Assembly (NCBI GenBank): GCA_913063045.1 | Contig: CAJXYM010000004.1 | Span: 27,144 to 91,143 of the forward strand | Length of the DNA: 64,000 nucleotides | Direction of reading: 5' to 3' | DNA from: an uncultured Flavobacteriales bacterium | Lineage (GTDB): Bacteria > Bacteroidota > Bacteroidia > Flavobacteriales > BACL11 | Shown here: one piece after another, positions 37,091-48,464 of the stretch | Layout of the letters: the number at the start of each line of letters is the position of its first letter | How positions within the stretch are numbered: the first letter of the stretch is position 1 | Translations under genes and position numbers: made by a program | The notes under the pieces: model-generated | The model's input: only the letters and a program-made list of their open reading frames with translations | What the model was told of the DNA's origin: nothing | Databases searched by the model: none

Positions 37091-37567
37091 TTGATTAATA
37101 TTCTAGGAACATATGAGTGTAAGGCTGATTCAAAAGGAAGAATCATGCTTCCATCTGCTTTAAAGAAACAGATGGCTCCATTTATTAATGATGGTTTTGT
37201 AGTTAAGCGTAGCGTTTTCAATAAGTGTTTGGAGATTCATCCAATGTCAGAATGGAAAAAGATAGTTGGAGAAGTGAATAAATTGAATCGTTTTGTAAAA
37301 AAGAATAATGATTTTATTAGATCTTATATGTCTGGATTAAAAATTATTCATGTTGATAGTGTTTCTAGACTTTTAGTTCCAAAAGATTTAATTGCATTTG
37401 CTTCCTTAGATAAAGAGATTGTTTTATCATCTTCGGTTAATGTCGTTGAGGTTTGGGATAAGATGTTGTATGAAGAGTCTGTTGCGAATTCATTAGAAAA
37501 CTTTGGAAATCTAACTGAGGAAGTTATGGGTGGATTAGGAAATCAAAATTCAAATGACATACCATAA
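37091..37567 (+). CDS. mraZ: Transcriptional regulator MraZ
   Basis: Two SpoVT/AbrB-like halves (ADSKGRIMLP and DSVSRLLVP). 158 aa. TTG start; the only upstream ATG hits a stop after 3 codons. Confidence 0.9.
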   Translation: MINILGTYECKADSKGRIMLPSALKKQMAPFINDGFVVKRSVFNKCLEIHPMSEWKKIVGEVNKLNRFVKKNNDFIRSYMSGLKIIHVDSVSRLLVPKDLIAFASLDKEIVLSSSVNVVEVWDKMLYEESVANSLENFGNLTEEVMGGLGNQNSNDIP

Positions 37568-38465
37568 GCCAGTATTATTAAATGAAAGTATTAACGGCTT
37601 AAATATTAAGCCAGATGGTGTTTATGTTGATGTTACCTTTGGAGGAGGTGGTCATTCAAAAGAAATATTAAAATATTTAAAGAGCGGAAAGCTTTATGCT
37701 TTTGATCAGGACTCTGATGCTATTAGAAATAATTTCGTAGACTCTAGATTTAAGTTAATGAAAGCAAATTTTAGGTATCTAAAAAATTTTTTAAAGATTG
37801 AGGGAGTTACGCAAATTGATGGTCTTCTTGCGGATCTTGGAGTTTCATCGCATCAGTTTGATATACCTGACAGGGGGTTCTCTTTGCGATTTGATTCGGA
37901 ACTTGATATGAGAATGAATATAAACTCTTCAGTTAATGCATTCAGTGTGATTAATAATTATTCTGAAGAAGAACTAGCTAATGTTTTTTACAATTATGGA
38001 GAGATACACCAATCTAGAAAAGTAGCTAGTAAAATAATTAAGCGAAGAATCAAAGAGCCAATAACAACTACAACTGATCTTATTGAAATTATAAAGGATC
38101 TATTTCCATTTAAAAAAAGACAACAATTTTTAGCAAGAATTTTTCAAGCTATTAGAATTGAAGTTAATGATGAAATTAATGCATTAAAAGAAATGTTGAC
38201 TGCTGCAACACAATTGTTAAAGCCTGAGGCAAGACTTGTTGTAATTTCTTATCATTCATTAGAAGATAGATTAGTGAAAAATTTAATAAAAAAAGGAAAT
38301 TTTAACGGCATTGAAGAAAAAGATTTTTTTGGAAATAAATTTAAATTGTTTAACCAAATAAAGAGAGGGGTTATTGTTCCAGATAAAGATGAGTGTAGTT
38401 TAAACTCTAGAGCTTCAAGTGCTAAAATGAGAATTGCAGAAAAAGTGTTAGATGAAAAAAAATAA
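37554..38465 (+). CDS. rsmH: 16S rRNA (cytosine1402-N4)-methyltransferase RsmH
   Basis: HKPVLL and DVTFGGGGHS motifs. 303 aa. Confidence 0.95.
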   Translation: MTYHKPVLLNESINGLNIKPDGVYVDVTFGGGGHSKEILKYLKSGKLYAFDQDSDAIRNNFVDSRFKLMKANFRYLKNFLKIEGVTQIDGLLADLGVSSHQFDIPDRGFSLRFDSELDMRMNINSSVNAFSVINNYSEEELANVFYNYGEIHQSRKVASKIIKRRIKEPITTTTDLIEIIKDLFPFKKRQQFLARIFQAIRIEVNDEINALKEMLTAATQLLKPEARLVVISYHSLEDRLVKNLIKKGNFNGIEEKDFFGNKFKLFNQIKRGVIVPDKDECSLNSRASSAKMRIAEKVLDEKK

Positions 38466-38769
38466 ATCAATACTCTCTGTTTTAAAAGGAGACTTTTTTT
38501 CAAAAAAAGAAAATAGAATTCATCTGCCTTTTTTGTTTTTGATTATTCTTCTTTTATTATTAAATATTAGGCTTTCATTTAACGCAGAGTCTTTACTTAA
38601 AAAGTCAATTAAACTTGAAATGGATGTCTCGGATCTTCGGCTAACATACATTACTACTAAGTCTGACATGATGCGAGTTTATAAGAGATCGTCCGTGGAA
38701 GTACTTGTTTATAAAGATAAATTAATCTCTTCAAATATTCCTCCATATATTATTAATGCTAATGATTAA
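38452..38769 (+). CDS. ftsL: FtsL-like cell division protein
   Basis: 105 aa, single TM (LPFLFLIILLLLL). Occupies the conserved position between rsmH and ftsI. Confidence 0.6.
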   Translation: MKKNKSILSVLKGDFFSKKENRIHLPFLFLIILLLLLNIRLSFNAESLLKKSIKLEMDVSDLRLTYITTKSDMMRVYKRSSVEVLVYKDKLISSNIPPYIINAND

Positions 38770-40849
38770 AAAGAAAAATAAAACAAATACTAGCGTTATT
38801 TTTATGTTTTTGGTAATGTGTTTTATTGCTGTTGTTATAGTTGTTAAAATACTATATATACAAACATTACATCCTCAGGTTAGTCAGATAAGTGTTCCGA
38901 AATTCAAGAAAATTAAAGCACCAAGAGGTAATATATTTTCTGATAATGGATCTCTTTTAGCTATATCAATGCCTTTGTATAATGTGCATTTAGATTTGAG
39001 TGTTATAGATGATAAAATATTTGAACAAGAATACAGAGACCTTGCGGCAGGCCTGTCTGAGCTATTTAAAGATAAAAATCAATCTGAATACCAGCTATTT
39101 CTTACTAATAATAAATCAAAGAATAGTAAATATGTTAGACTTAAAAATAAGGTCACTCACAATCAGCTGAATATTTTAAAAAAACTCCCAATCTTAGCTC
39201 TAGGTAAAAATAAAGGAGGGTTAATTGCAGAGCAACGTCCAAATAGAGAAAATCCTTTTGGTATTTTGGCTAAAAGAACTATTGGATTACTAAGGAATTC
39301 AAACCCTATAGGCTTGGAAAGAGCATATAATAAAACACTCTCTGGCTCAGATGGATTACAATTAAAACAAAAAATTGGAAAAAATTTATGGAGAGATGAG
39401 CCCTCAGAGTTAAATCTAAATCCACAGGCTGGTAGTGATGTTATATCAACAATAGATATTGATATGCAAGATGTTGCTCAAAAGGCATTAAGTAATGCTT
39501 TAATTCATCATGATGCAGATTGGGGAACTGTGATAATGATGGAAGTAAAATCCGGGCATGTTAAGCTTATTGCTAACTTGAAAAAAAATGAAGATGGTAG
39601 CTTAGATGAGAATTATAATCATGCTATCGCAAAACACTCAGAACCAGGCTCAACATTTAAACTAGCATCTATACTTTCTGGAATAGAGGACGGTTTTTAT
39701 AGTCTTGAGGATTCTGTAGATACTGAAAATGGGACTTACAAATTTTATGATCAAACAATGCGCGACTCTAAAAAAGGAGGGTATGGTAAAATAACAATTG
39801 GTGAAGCATTTGTTAAATCTTCAAATGTAGGTATTTCGAAAATTACAAATAAATTCTATAAACATAATCCTGAGTTATTTATTGACAGAATATATAAAAT
39901 GGGCTTGTGTACACCCTTAGATTTAGAGCTCCCTTACCCTAACAGTCTTCTTGTTAAACGTCCAGGAACAAAACAATGGTCTGGAGTGACTCTTCCGTGG
40001 ATGTCTATTGGTTATTCCCTGAGATTGACCCCTATTCATATGTTGGCCTTTTATAATGCTGTTGCAAATAATGGTGTTATGGTTAAGCCTCTTTTTACTT
40101 CTGCTATAAGTAGAGATGGTGAAATAGTTGTGCAAAATGAGACTAAAATTATTAATCCTGCAATTTGCGCAAAATCTTCAATTGAGAAAATTACACCTTA
40201 TCTAATTGATGTAATTGATAATGGTACTGCTAAGTCAATTAGTAATCCTAATTATAAAATAGCAGGAAAAACGGGAACAACATTATTGGGTTATGGTAAT
40301 AATAGTGAGGAAAGTCAAAAAAAATATCAAGCATCATTTGTTGGTTTTTTCCCAGGTGAAAACCCTAAGTATTCTTGTATTGTTGTTGTCAGTAACCCAA
40401 AGAAAAATGGGTTTTACGGAGGTAATGTTGCTGCACCTATTTTTAAAGAAATTTCAGATAAAGTGTTTGCTTCTGATATTTCATTACATCATGTAATTAC
40501 TTCTTCTCAGTTAGTAAATTCTTTACCTAGAGTTTGTAATGGGAATACAAATGATATTTCTAATGCCTTAGAAATTTTAAACGTCCCTTATAATTCTACT
40601 CAATCAAAATGGTCTGTTGTAGTTGGTGGAGATCAGCTTAGTCTAAGAGTTCGTAAAATTAGAGATGACTTAAAAAATAATAAGATACCAAATTTATCAG
40701 GTATGGTCATGAATGATATTGTTTTCTTACTTGAAAATTTTGGTTTAAATGTTACTATAAGTGGTAAAGGAAAAGTTATTTACCAATCCCTTAAAAAGGG
40801 AGAGGTTTTTAATCATGGCTCATTAATTAACATCATCGCATCATTATGA
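38756..40849 (+). CDS. ftsI: Penicillin-binding protein 3 (FtsI transpeptidase)
   Basis: SxxK (STFK), SxN (SSN), KTG (KTGT). N-terminal TM anchor and a C-terminal PASTA-like tail. Confidence 0.9.
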   Translation: MLMIKKKNKTNTSVIFMFLVMCFIAVVIVVKILYIQTLHPQVSQISVPKFKKIKAPRGNIFSDNGSLLAISMPLYNVHLDLSVIDDKIFEQEYRDLAAGLSELFKDKNQSEYQLFLTNNKSKNSKYVRLKNKVTHNQLNILKKLPILALGKNKGGLIAEQRPNRENPFGILAKRTIGLLRNSNPIGLERAYNKTLSGSDGLQLKQKIGKNLWRDEPSELNLNPQAGSDVISTIDIDMQDVAQKALSNALIHHDADWGTVIMMEVKSGHVKLIANLKKNEDGSLDENYNHAIAKHSEPGSTFKLASILSGIEDGFYSLEDSVDTENGTYKFYDQTMRDSKKGGYGKITIGEAFVKSSNVGISKITNKFYKHNPELFIDRIYKMGLCTPLDLELPYPNSLLVKRPGTKQWSGVTLPWMSIGYSLRLTPIHMLAFYNAVANNGVMVKPLFTSAISRDGEIVVQNETKIINPAICAKSSIEKITPYLIDVIDNGTAKSISNPNYKIAGKTGTTLLGYGNNSEESQKKYQASFVGFFPGENPKYSCIVVVSNPKKNGFYGGNVAAPIFKEISDKVFASDISLHHVITSSQLVNSLPRVCNGNTNDISNALEILNVPYNSTQSKWSVVVGGDQLSLRVRKIRDDLKNNKIPNLSGMVMNDIVFLLENFGLNVTISGKGKVIYQSLKKGEVFNHGSLINIIASL

Positions 40850-42297
40850 ATTTAAATATTCTTTTAAATAATGTAGATGTAACTAACTCTGTTGGTAGTA
40901 TTAAAAAAATAATTAATAAAATTCAATTTGACTCAAGAAAAGTTGAGAAAAATGATCTCTTTATTGCTTTGAAAGGAACAGAAGTTAATGGACATGATTA
41001 TATCGAAAAATCAATTCAATATGGAGCAGCTGTAGTTGTCTGCGAGAAACTTCCCGAGTTATTAAGTAGTTCAGTGCAATATATTGTTACCAAGGATAAT
41101 AAAATCACTTTGGCAATACTTGCAAGTAATTTTTATCATAGCCCATCTTCAAAAATTAAATTAGTTGGTATAACAGGAACTAATGGGAAAACTTCAATTG
41201 CAAGTTTATTGTATCAGCTTTTTTCTAACTTAAATTATAAAGTAGGTTTAATTTCAACAATTGAAAATAGAATTTTAAAAGTCATTCATAAAAGTTCGCA
41301 TACTACACCAGATCCTTTACAGATTAATTTTCTTTTATCTGAGATGGTAAAGCAAAAGTGTACGCATTGTTTTATGGAGGTTAGTTCGCATGCAATTAGT
41401 CAAGAAAGAACTTTTTTATTAGACTTTGATGGTGCTGTCTTCACAAATATTACGCATGATCATTTAGATTACCATAAGACATTTTTAAACTATATAAATA
41501 TTAAGCAAAAGTTTTTCACAAACTTAAAAAAGAATGCATTTTCTATTATTAATAAAGACGACAAGAATGGAGAAATAATGGTCCAGAATTCTAAATCAAG
41601 AAAAATCACGTATGCATTGTCAAATAATGCAAATTATAAAGTGAAGATTTTAGAAAGTCATTTTGAAGGAATGATGCTTGATTTTAATGGTGTAAATGTC
41701 TGGGTTAAATTAATTGGAAAGTTTAATGCTTATAATTTATTAGCAGCTTATGCAACTGCAGATTTACTTGGATTACCAAGTAATAAAATCGTAGAGGGAA
41801 TTAGTTTGTTAAGTCCTGCTGAGGGGAGATTTGAAGTTTTTAGATCTTCAAAAGATGTATTTGTAGTGCTTGATTATGCTCACACTGAAGATGCTTTATT
41901 AAATGTTTTGATGACAATAAAAAAGATTAGTAATAAATCTAGATCAATAATTACTGTTTTTGGATGTGGTGGAGATCGCGATAAGTCTAAAAGACCAAAA
42001 ATGACTTTGCAGGCCAGTAAGTTGAGTTCTCAAGTAATTATTACAGAAGATAATCCTAGAGGAGAAAATCAAAATGATATAGTTAGTGATATGACAAACG
42101 GATTAGATAGTTTATTAAAAGATAAAGTCTTAGTTATAAACGATAGAAAATCTGCTATAAAAACTGCTTTTGCACTTGCTCAAAAGAATGATGTCATTTT
42201 AATTGCTGGAAAAGGGCATGAGAAATATCAAGAGAAAAATGGAGTAAAAAAGATGTTTGATGACAAAGAAGAAATTTTTAAACACATAATAAATTAA
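40846..42297 (+). CDS. murE: UDP-N-acetylmuramoyl-L-alanyl-D-glutamate--2,6-diaminopimelate ligase
   Basis: Mur ligase P-loop GITGTNGKTS, and a DNPR motif (TEDNPRGE) consistent with a DAP-adding MurE. Confidence 0.9.
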   Translation: MNLNILLNNVDVTNSVGSIKKIINKIQFDSRKVEKNDLFIALKGTEVNGHDYIEKSIQYGAAVVVCEKLPELLSSSVQYIVTKDNKITLAILASNFYHSPSSKIKLVGITGTNGKTSIASLLYQLFSNLNYKVGLISTIENRILKVIHKSSHTTPDPLQINFLLSEMVKQKCTHCFMEVSSHAISQERTFLLDFDGAVFTNITHDHLDYHKTFLNYINIKQKFFTNLKKNAFSIINKDDKNGEIMVQNSKSRKITYALSNNANYKVKILESHFEGMMLDFNGVNVWVKLIGKFNAYNLLAAYATADLLGLPSNKIVEGISLLSPAEGRFEVFRSSKDVFVVLDYAHTEDALLNVLMTIKKISNKSRSIITVFGCGGDRDKSKRPKMTLQASKLSSQVIITEDNPRGENQNDIVSDMTNGLDSLLKDKVLVINDRKSAIKTAFALAQKNDVILIAGKGHEKYQEKNGVKKMFDDKEEIFKHIIN

Positions 42298-42300
42298 CAA

Positions 42301-43515
42301 ATGCTATATTATATTTTTGAGATTTTAGATAACAATTACAATTTACCAGGAGCTGGTGTTTTTAAATATATTTCATTTAGATCGGCTTTGGCAATTATTA
42401 CATCATTACTTGTCTCTCTTGTTTTTGGAGGGAGAATTATTAATCTGATAAGGAAAAAACAGATTGGTGAACATGTCAGAGTTTTAGGTCTTGAAGGAGA
42501 AAAGAGTAAAAATGGAACTCCTACAATGGGAGGCTTAATTATTTTATCAGCTATTTTAATTCCAACATTATTATTTGCCAAATTAGATAATATTTATATA
42601 ATCATAATGATTGTATCAACTATTTGGCTAGGGATAATTGGCTTTATTGATGATTATATTAAGGTTTTTAAAAAAAATAAAGATGGATTAGCAGGTAAGT
42701 TTAAAATATTAGGTCAGGTAGGGATTGGTGTTATTGTTGCCTTAGTAATGGTTTTTCATAATCAAATTGTAGTCAAAGAAAAGCTTGTTAATTCATTAAC
42801 TGAAAATACATATGAATTTGTAGAAGTAGCACAAAAATCTTCTAAAACAACTATTCCATTTTTGAAAAATAATGAGTTTGATTACCAAAAACTTACTTCT
42901 TGGATGGGTGAAGGAATGAGTGAATATGCTTGGCTTTTATTTGTTTTTATTGTGGTATTAGTAATTACAGCAGTTTCTAATGGAGCAAATATGACAGATG
43001 GTCTAGATGGTTTGGCTACTGGTGTTTCTGCTATCATTGGACTTACACTTGCTATCTTTTGTTATGTATCTGGAAATATTATTGCAGCAGATTATTTGAA
43101 TATAATGTATATCCCCAACTCAGGTGAGTTAGTTATTTATATGTCTGCTTTTGTAGGTTCTTGTATAGGTTTTATGTGGTACAATTCATTTCCAGCGCAA
43201 GTTTTTATGGGAGATACTGGTAGCCTTTCATTAGGAGGTATTATTGCTGTTGTTGCTATACTAATTCGTAAAGAATTACTGATTCCCATTTTATGTGGAA
43301 TATTTTTAATTGAAAACTTATCTGTTATTATTCAGGTAGGATATTTTAAATATTCAAGAAAGAGATTTGGAATTGGTAAAAGAGTTTTTTTAATGGCTCC
43401 ACTACATCATCATTTTCAGAAAAAAGGCTTGCATGAAAGTAAAATTGTAACCAGGTTTTGGATTATTGGAATCTTGCTTGCTGTTATAACAATCGTTACA
43501 TTAAAACTAAGATAA
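42301..43515 (+). CDS. mraY: Phospho-N-acetylmuramoyl-pentapeptide transferase
   Basis: 404 aa, multi-[25 protein letters not shown] and PLHHHF motifs. Confidence 0.95.
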   Translation: MLYYIFEILDNNYNLPGAGVFKYISFRSALAIITSLLVSLVFGGRIINLIRKKQIGEHVRVLGLEGEKSKNGTPTMGGLIILSAILIPTLLFAKLDNIYIIIMIVSTIWLGIIGFIDDYIKVFKKNKDGLAGKFKILGQVGIGVIVALVMVFHNQIVVKEKLVNSLTENTYEFVEVAQKSSKTTIPFLKNNEFDYQKLTSWMGEGMSEYAWLLFVFIVVLVITAVSNGANMTDGLDGLATGVSAIIGLTLAIFCYVSGNIIAADYLNIMYIPNSGELVIYMSAFVGSCIGFMWYNSFPAQVFMGDTGSLSLGGIIAVVAILIRKELLIPILCGIFLIENLSVIIQVGYFKYSRKRFGIGKRVFLMAPLHHHFQKKGLHESKIVTRFWIIGILLAVITIVTLKLR

Positions 43516-44832
43516 TTGAAAAGAAGGATATCAATATTAGGTTCAGGTAAAAGCGGTTTAGGTGCTGCGCTATTAGCGTCACAAAATAATTATGAAGTTT
43601 TTGTTTCTGACTTTAATCTTATCAAAAGTGAAACCAAAGAAATTTTCAATAATAAAGATATTGAGTGGGAAGAAAATAAACATAGTTTTTCTAAGATAAT
43701 TAATTCTGAATTAATAGTAAAAAGTCCGGGTATTAGTGACTCTAATGAACTTATTAAAAAAATTAATGAACTAAAGATTCCTATAATATCAGAAATAGAG
43801 TTTGCAAGTAGATTTACTAAAGGAGATATAGTTGCAATAACAGGAACTAACGGAAAAACTACTACAACTCTCTTAATATCAAAAATATTTAAAGATGCCG
43901 GATTTGATGTTTTAACAGCTGGCAATATTGGTGTAAGTTTTGCGCATGCTATATCTATTAAGGATTATAAATTAATTGTTCTTGAGGTTAGTAGTTTTCA
44001 ATTAGACGGGATTATTGATTTTAAGCCAAAAGTATCAGTAATTCTAAACATTACTGAAGATCACCTAGATAGATATAATTATAATTTTTCAAAATATACT
44101 GAATCAAAATATAGAATAACAGAGAATCAAGAAGCTTTAGATTTTCTGATTTTTAATGAAGATCAAATAAAGTCAATATCAACAAAAGCAAAAAAACTTC
44201 CTATCTCTTTTACACGAAAGTTAAATACAGGGGGGTTTTATTTAAATAATCAAATTAATATTAATATAAATAATTTTAAAATGACAATACAGGAACTAGC
44301 ACTTCAAGGAAAACATAATATTTTTAATTCTATGGCTGCAGCAATGGTTGCTCGAGTATTTGAGATTTCAGATACTACGATTAGACAATCATTAATAGAT
44401 TTTGAAAATATTGAACATAGATTAGAGTATGTTCTTACAGTTCACGGGATAGAATTTATTAATGATTCAAAAGCAACTAATGTAAATGCTGCGTGGTATG
44501 CTCTAGAGAGTATGAATAAGCCTTGCGTTTGGATTTTAGGAGGCGTTGATAAAGGAAATGATTATTCTGAAATAAAAAAGATTATAAGTAATGAGAATGT
44601 GAAAGCTATAATATGTCTTGGAGAAAACAATGAGAAAATTATCACCGAATTTAAGCCACATATCAGTAATATCAAAGAGGCGAAAAGTATGCATGAAGCT
44701 GTAGAATTATCTTACAGTATTGCCGAAAATGGAGATGCTGTTTTATTATCGCCTGCGTGTGCTAGCTTTGATATGTATGCTAATTTTGAAGAAAGAGGAA
44801 TAGAATTTAAAAAACAAGTAAGAAGTCTGTAA
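43516..44832 (+). CDS. murD: UDP-N-acetylmuramoylalanine--D-glutamate ligase
   Basis: Mur ligase P-loop ITGTNGKTTT. Position in the dcw cluster. TTG start. Confidence 0.9.
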   Translation: MKRRISILGSGKSGLGAALLASQNNYEVFVSDFNLIKSETKEIFNNKDIEWEENKHSFSKIINSELIVKSPGISDSNELIKKINELKIPIISEIEFASRFTKGDIVAITGTNGKTTTTLLISKIFKDAGFDVLTAGNIGVSFAHAISIKDYKLIVLEVSSFQLDGIIDFKPKVSVILNITEDHLDRYNYNFSKYTESKYRITENQEALDFLIFNEDQIKSISTKAKKLPISFTRKLNTGGFYLNNQINININNFKMTIQELALQGKHNIFNSMAAAMVARVFEISDTTIRQSLIDFENIEHRLEYVLTVHGIEFINDSKATNVNAAWYALESMNKPCVWILGGVDKGNDYSEIKKIISNENVKAIICLGENNEKIITEFKPHISNIKEAKSMHEAVELSYSIAENGDAVLLSPACASFDMYANFEERGIEFKKQVRSL

Positions 44833-44835
44833 AAT

Positions 44836-45975
44836 ATGCTTTTAGATTTTTTAAAAAATATAAAGTTAGAAGGAGATAAGGGAATATGGCTGATAGTTGT
44901 AATTCTCTCTTTTTTATCTGTGCTTTTAGTATACAGTACAGCTGGTGCTAATTATTTTTTTGGTCATCTTTTTAAAATGAGCCTAGGGCTTTTTTGTTTG
45001 TATCATATCCACCATATAAAATTTAAATATTTTGCTAAAATTGGTGTCATCACGTATCTGGCTAGTATAATTCTTTTAGTTCTAGTGTTTATTATTGGAG
45101 TAAATGTTAATGGCGCTTCAAGATGGTTGTCTTTTGCTGGTTTGCAATTTCAACCTTCAGATATTGCTAAGCTAGCTGTTCTGCTTTTTATGGCTAGGCA
45201 ATTAAGTAAGTATAGAGTTGAAATTAAACAATTTAAATGGCTTTTATTATATATTTTACTTCCTCTATTTATTATTTGTGCCTTGATTTTGCCAAATAAT
45301 TTTTCAACATCTGCTCTTGTTTTTGCTAATGGTCTTATGTTAATGATTATCTCAAGAGTAAAAATTAAATATATATTATCTATTGTAGGAGTCGGGCTTA
45401 TTTTTGTTTCTATTGTTTATTTGGGAGCTAAATTAAATCCTGAATTTACAAGCAAAGTAATGCCAAGATCAGCTACTTGGGTTAGTCGTGTAGATGCATA
45501 CTTGTTTACATCTGAAGATAATGACTTGAATAAAGATTATCAGCAAAAACAGGCTATGGTAGCAATTTATAACGGAGGTGTTTCTGGGCTAGGTCCTGGG
45601 AAAAGTACACAAAGAAATATTCTCCCATATTCTTCATCAGATTTTATTTATGCAATTATGGTTGAGGAATATGGATTATTAATTGGTGGTATTTTTCCTA
45701 TTTTACTTTACCTTATTTTATTGCAACGATCCATAGTAATTGCTTCAAAGACAGAAAGTGTTTTTGGTGGCTTAATATCTATTGGTTTAATGTTTAGTTT
45801 AGTTCTTCAAGCTTTCATTAATATGCTTGTGGCTGTTGGAGTTTTCCCTGTTACAGGTCAAACTCTTCCTTTAATTAGTATGGGGGGTACATCAATTCTT
45901 TTTACTTGTATAACTATCGGAATAATCTTAAGTGTTAGTAGAGACTCAACAGATCGAAATTATGAAAAAGCTTAA
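44836..45975 (+). CDS. ftsW: Cell division glycosyltransferase FtsW (SEDS family)
   Basis: 379 aa, about 10 TM, SEDS pattern (LPLISMGGTS). Confidence 0.9.
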   Translation: MLLDFLKNIKLEGDKGIWLIVVILSFLSVLLVYSTAGANYFFGHLFKMSLGLFCLYHIHHIKFKYFAKIGVITYLASIILLVLVFIIGVNVNGASRWLSFAGLQFQPSDIAKLAVLLFMARQLSKYRVEIKQFKWLLLYILLPLFIICALILPNNFSTSALVFANGLMLMIISRVKIKYILSIVGVGLIFVSIVYLGAKLNPEFTSKVMPRSATWVSRVDAYLFTSEDNDLNKDYQQKQAMVAIYNGGVSGLGPGKSTQRNILPYSSSDFIYAIMVEEYGLLIGGIFPILLYLILLQRSIVIASKTESVFGGLISIGLMFSLVLQAFINMLVAVGVFPVTGQTLPLISMGGTSILFTCITIGIILSVSRDSTDRNYEKA

Positions 45976-47065
45976 AGTTTTAATTAGTGGAGGTGGCTCA
46001 GGAGGTCATATCTTTCCTGCGCTTGCGATTGCTAAGTCATTGGAGTCAAAAGTATCAAATATTGAGTTTCTTTTTGTTGGTGCTAATAACAAGATGGAGA
46101 TGGAGAAAATTCCTAATGCAGGATATGAAATTATAGGTTTATGGATAAGTGGTTTTCATAGAAGGCTAACATTTAGCAATCTATTATTTCCAGTTAAACT
46201 TATTTATAGTCTTATTTCTTCCTATTTTATCATAAATAAGTTTAATCCTGATTTAGTGATTGGTACTGGAGGGTTTGCAAGCGGGCCAATTCTTTATGTA
46301 GCCGCAAAAAAAAAGATACCTACTCTAATTCAAGAGCAAAACTCTTATGCGGGTATTACTAACAGAATTCTATCTAGTTATGTCAATAAAGTTTGTGTTG
46401 CTTATGATGATATGCAAAAATTTTTTCCTGCAGAAAAAATTATATTAACTGGAAACCCAATTCGGGATAATATTATTACTTCAAATTTAGTTGATGTAAG
46501 TGTATCAAAAGAATTTGAGATTGATAAGAATAAATTAACTGTATTGGTGATTGGAGGCAGTCTTGGAGCAAAATCAATTAATACTGCAATTAAAAGTAAA
46601 TTACATCTTTTCAAAGAAAATAATTTAAATCTTATTTGGCAGACAGGTGAAAGCTTTGGACCCATGGCTCAAAATGCTATAAGCGAGCTTAGTGTTTATG
46701 GAATTAAAAATCATGTATTCGTTAAGGATATGCATATTGCTTATCAATTATGTGACATAATTATTTCCAGAGCCGGAGCAATTGCAATCTCTGAAATATG
46801 CTGTATTGGTAAACCGACTATTCTAGTTCCATCTCCAAATGTTGCGGAAAATCATCAATATAAAAATGCACAATCATTGGTTAATAAAAAGGCTGCTCTT
46901 GTAGTAAATGATAAGGATGCAAATGATAAACTTGTAGAGAGTATAATTAATCTTTACAATAACAAGGTGTTGCAATCTACTTTAGGAGAAAATATTAAAA
47001 AAATGGAAGTAAAAAATTCTGCAAATACAATAGCAAATATTGCTTTAAAACTGCTAAATGACTAA
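45962..47065 (+). CDS. murG: UDP-N-acetylglucosamine--N-acetylmuramyl-(pentapeptide) pyrophosphoryl-undecaprenol GlcNAc transferase
   Basis: The ATG at 45962 gives MKKLKVLISGGGSGGHIFPALA, a canonical MurG N-terminus. The track start 45932 lies inside ftsW. Confidence 0.9.
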   Translation: MKKLKVLISGGGSGGHIFPALAIAKSLESKVSNIEFLFVGANNKMEMEKIPNAGYEIIGLWISGFHRRLTFSNLLFPVKLIYSLISSYFIINKFNPDLVIGTGGFASGPILYVAAKKKIPTLIQEQNSYAGITNRILSSYVNKVCVAYDDMQKFFPAEKIILTGNPIRDNIITSNLVDVSVSKEFEIDKNKLTVLVIGGSLGAKSINTAIKSKLHLFKENNLNLIWQTGESFGPMAQNAISELSVYGIKNHVFVKDMHIAYQLCDIIISRAGAIAISEICCIGKPTILVPSPNVAENHQYKNAQSLVNKKAALVVNDKDANDKLVESIINLYNNKVLQSTLGENIKKMEVKNSANTIANIALKLLND

Positions 47066-48464
47066 TATTAATTCATTTGATAATATTTATCTCATTGGAA
47101 TAGGAGGTATTGGAGTTAGTGCATTAGCAAGATTCTTTATTTCTAAGAATAAAAATGTTTATGGATATGATAAAGTTAAAACAGAACTAACTTCCAAGTT
47201 AGAAAAAGAGGGTGCTACTATTTTCTATTCTGAAAACAGTAATGATATTCCCAAAATTTTCTCAAAGAATAGTTTTAATAACTTAATTATTTATAGCGCT
47301 GCTATTGATACATCAAATTCTTTGTTTGCTTTTTTTCTAAAAAGCGGAAATTTATTAAAAAAACGCTCAGAAGTTCTTGGTATTATAAGTCAAGATTACT
47401 TCACGATTGCTATTGCAGGTACTCATGGAAAAACAACAACATCTGCAATGTTATCTTGTTTATTAAAAGAGTCAGGCATAAATCTAACTAGTTTTATTGG
47501 AGGGATAAGTAGAAATTATGATTCAAATTTTATGTTTTCAAATGAAGAGAAAATATTAGTAGTTGAGGCTGATGAGTTTGATAGATCTTTTCTTTATTTA
47601 AATCCTGATATTGCAGTAATAACATCTATAGACGAAGATCATTTAGATGTTTATGAAAATTACAATGAGATTGTTTCAGTATTTATTCAGTTTTCTAAGC
47701 AGATTAAAAAAGGAGGTAGTTTAATTTTAGAAAAGAATATTGAAGAGCTTTTTAGTTTGAACAGTGATATTAAAACTTATTCATATTCATGCATACAAGA
47801 CGCAGATATTGTTTCAGAAAATATTTCTTTAAATGGAGCGAGAATAAGCTTTGATGTAAGTATTAATCAATTAACCAAAGATGCTTTTTTATTAAAAAGT
47901 AATAAAATCGCTAATGTTGAGCTTCCAATGCCAGGTATGCATAATTTATCTAATTCTTTAGCAGCCATTACTGCATGTTTAATCATTAACATAGATTATC
48001 ATAATATTATTAATAGTTTAAAACTTTTTCAAGGAATTAAAAGAAGGTTTGATATTCATCTAGATACACTAGAGCATGTTTTTATTGATGATTATGCACA
48101 TCATCCTAAAGAGGTTTTGTTGACCTTAAAAACCACCAAAGAATTATATCCAAATCGAAAAATGACAGTTGTTTTTCAACCTCATTTATTTTCAAGAACA
48201 AAAGATTTTGCTCAGGAATTTGCAGATGCACTTCAACTAGCTGAGGAGTTAATTATCACAGAAATTTTCCCAGCTAGAGAACAGCCAATTAATGGAGTTA
48301 CATCAAATTTAATATTAGAATTATGTTCTAATTCAAAAAAACAAATATGCTCTAGTTCTAATTTAATTAATACTTTGAAAAGTAAACAAATAGATGTTTT
48401 AATTACACTTGGAGCAGGAGATATAAGTAAACTTATACAGCCAATTAAACATATGCTAAATTAG
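47058..48464 (+). CDS. murC: UDP-N-acetylmuramate--L-alanine ligase
   Basis: GIGGIGVSALA N-terminus and P-loop AGTHGKTTT. Confidence 0.9.
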   Translation: MTNINSFDNIYLIGIGGIGVSALARFFISKNKNVYGYDKVKTELTSKLEKEGATIFYSENSNDIPKIFSKNSFNNLIIYSAAIDTSNSLFAFFLKSGNLLKKRSEVLGIISQDYFTIAIAGTHGKTTTSAMLSCLLKESGINLTSFIGGISRNYDSNFMFSNEEKILVVEADEFDRSFLYLNPDIAVITSIDEDHLDVYENYNEIVSVFIQFSKQIKKGGSLILEKNIEELFSLNSDIKTYSYSCIQDADIVSENISLNGARISFDVSINQLTKDAFLLKSNKIANVELPMPGMHNLSNSLAAITACLIINIDYHNIINSLKLFQGIKRRFDIHLDTLEHVFIDDYAHHPKEVLLTLKTTKELYPNRKMTVVFQPHLFSRTKDFAQEFADALQLAEELIITEIFPAREQPINGVTSNLILELCSNSKKQICSSSNLINTLKSKQIDVLITLGAGDISKLIQPIKHMLN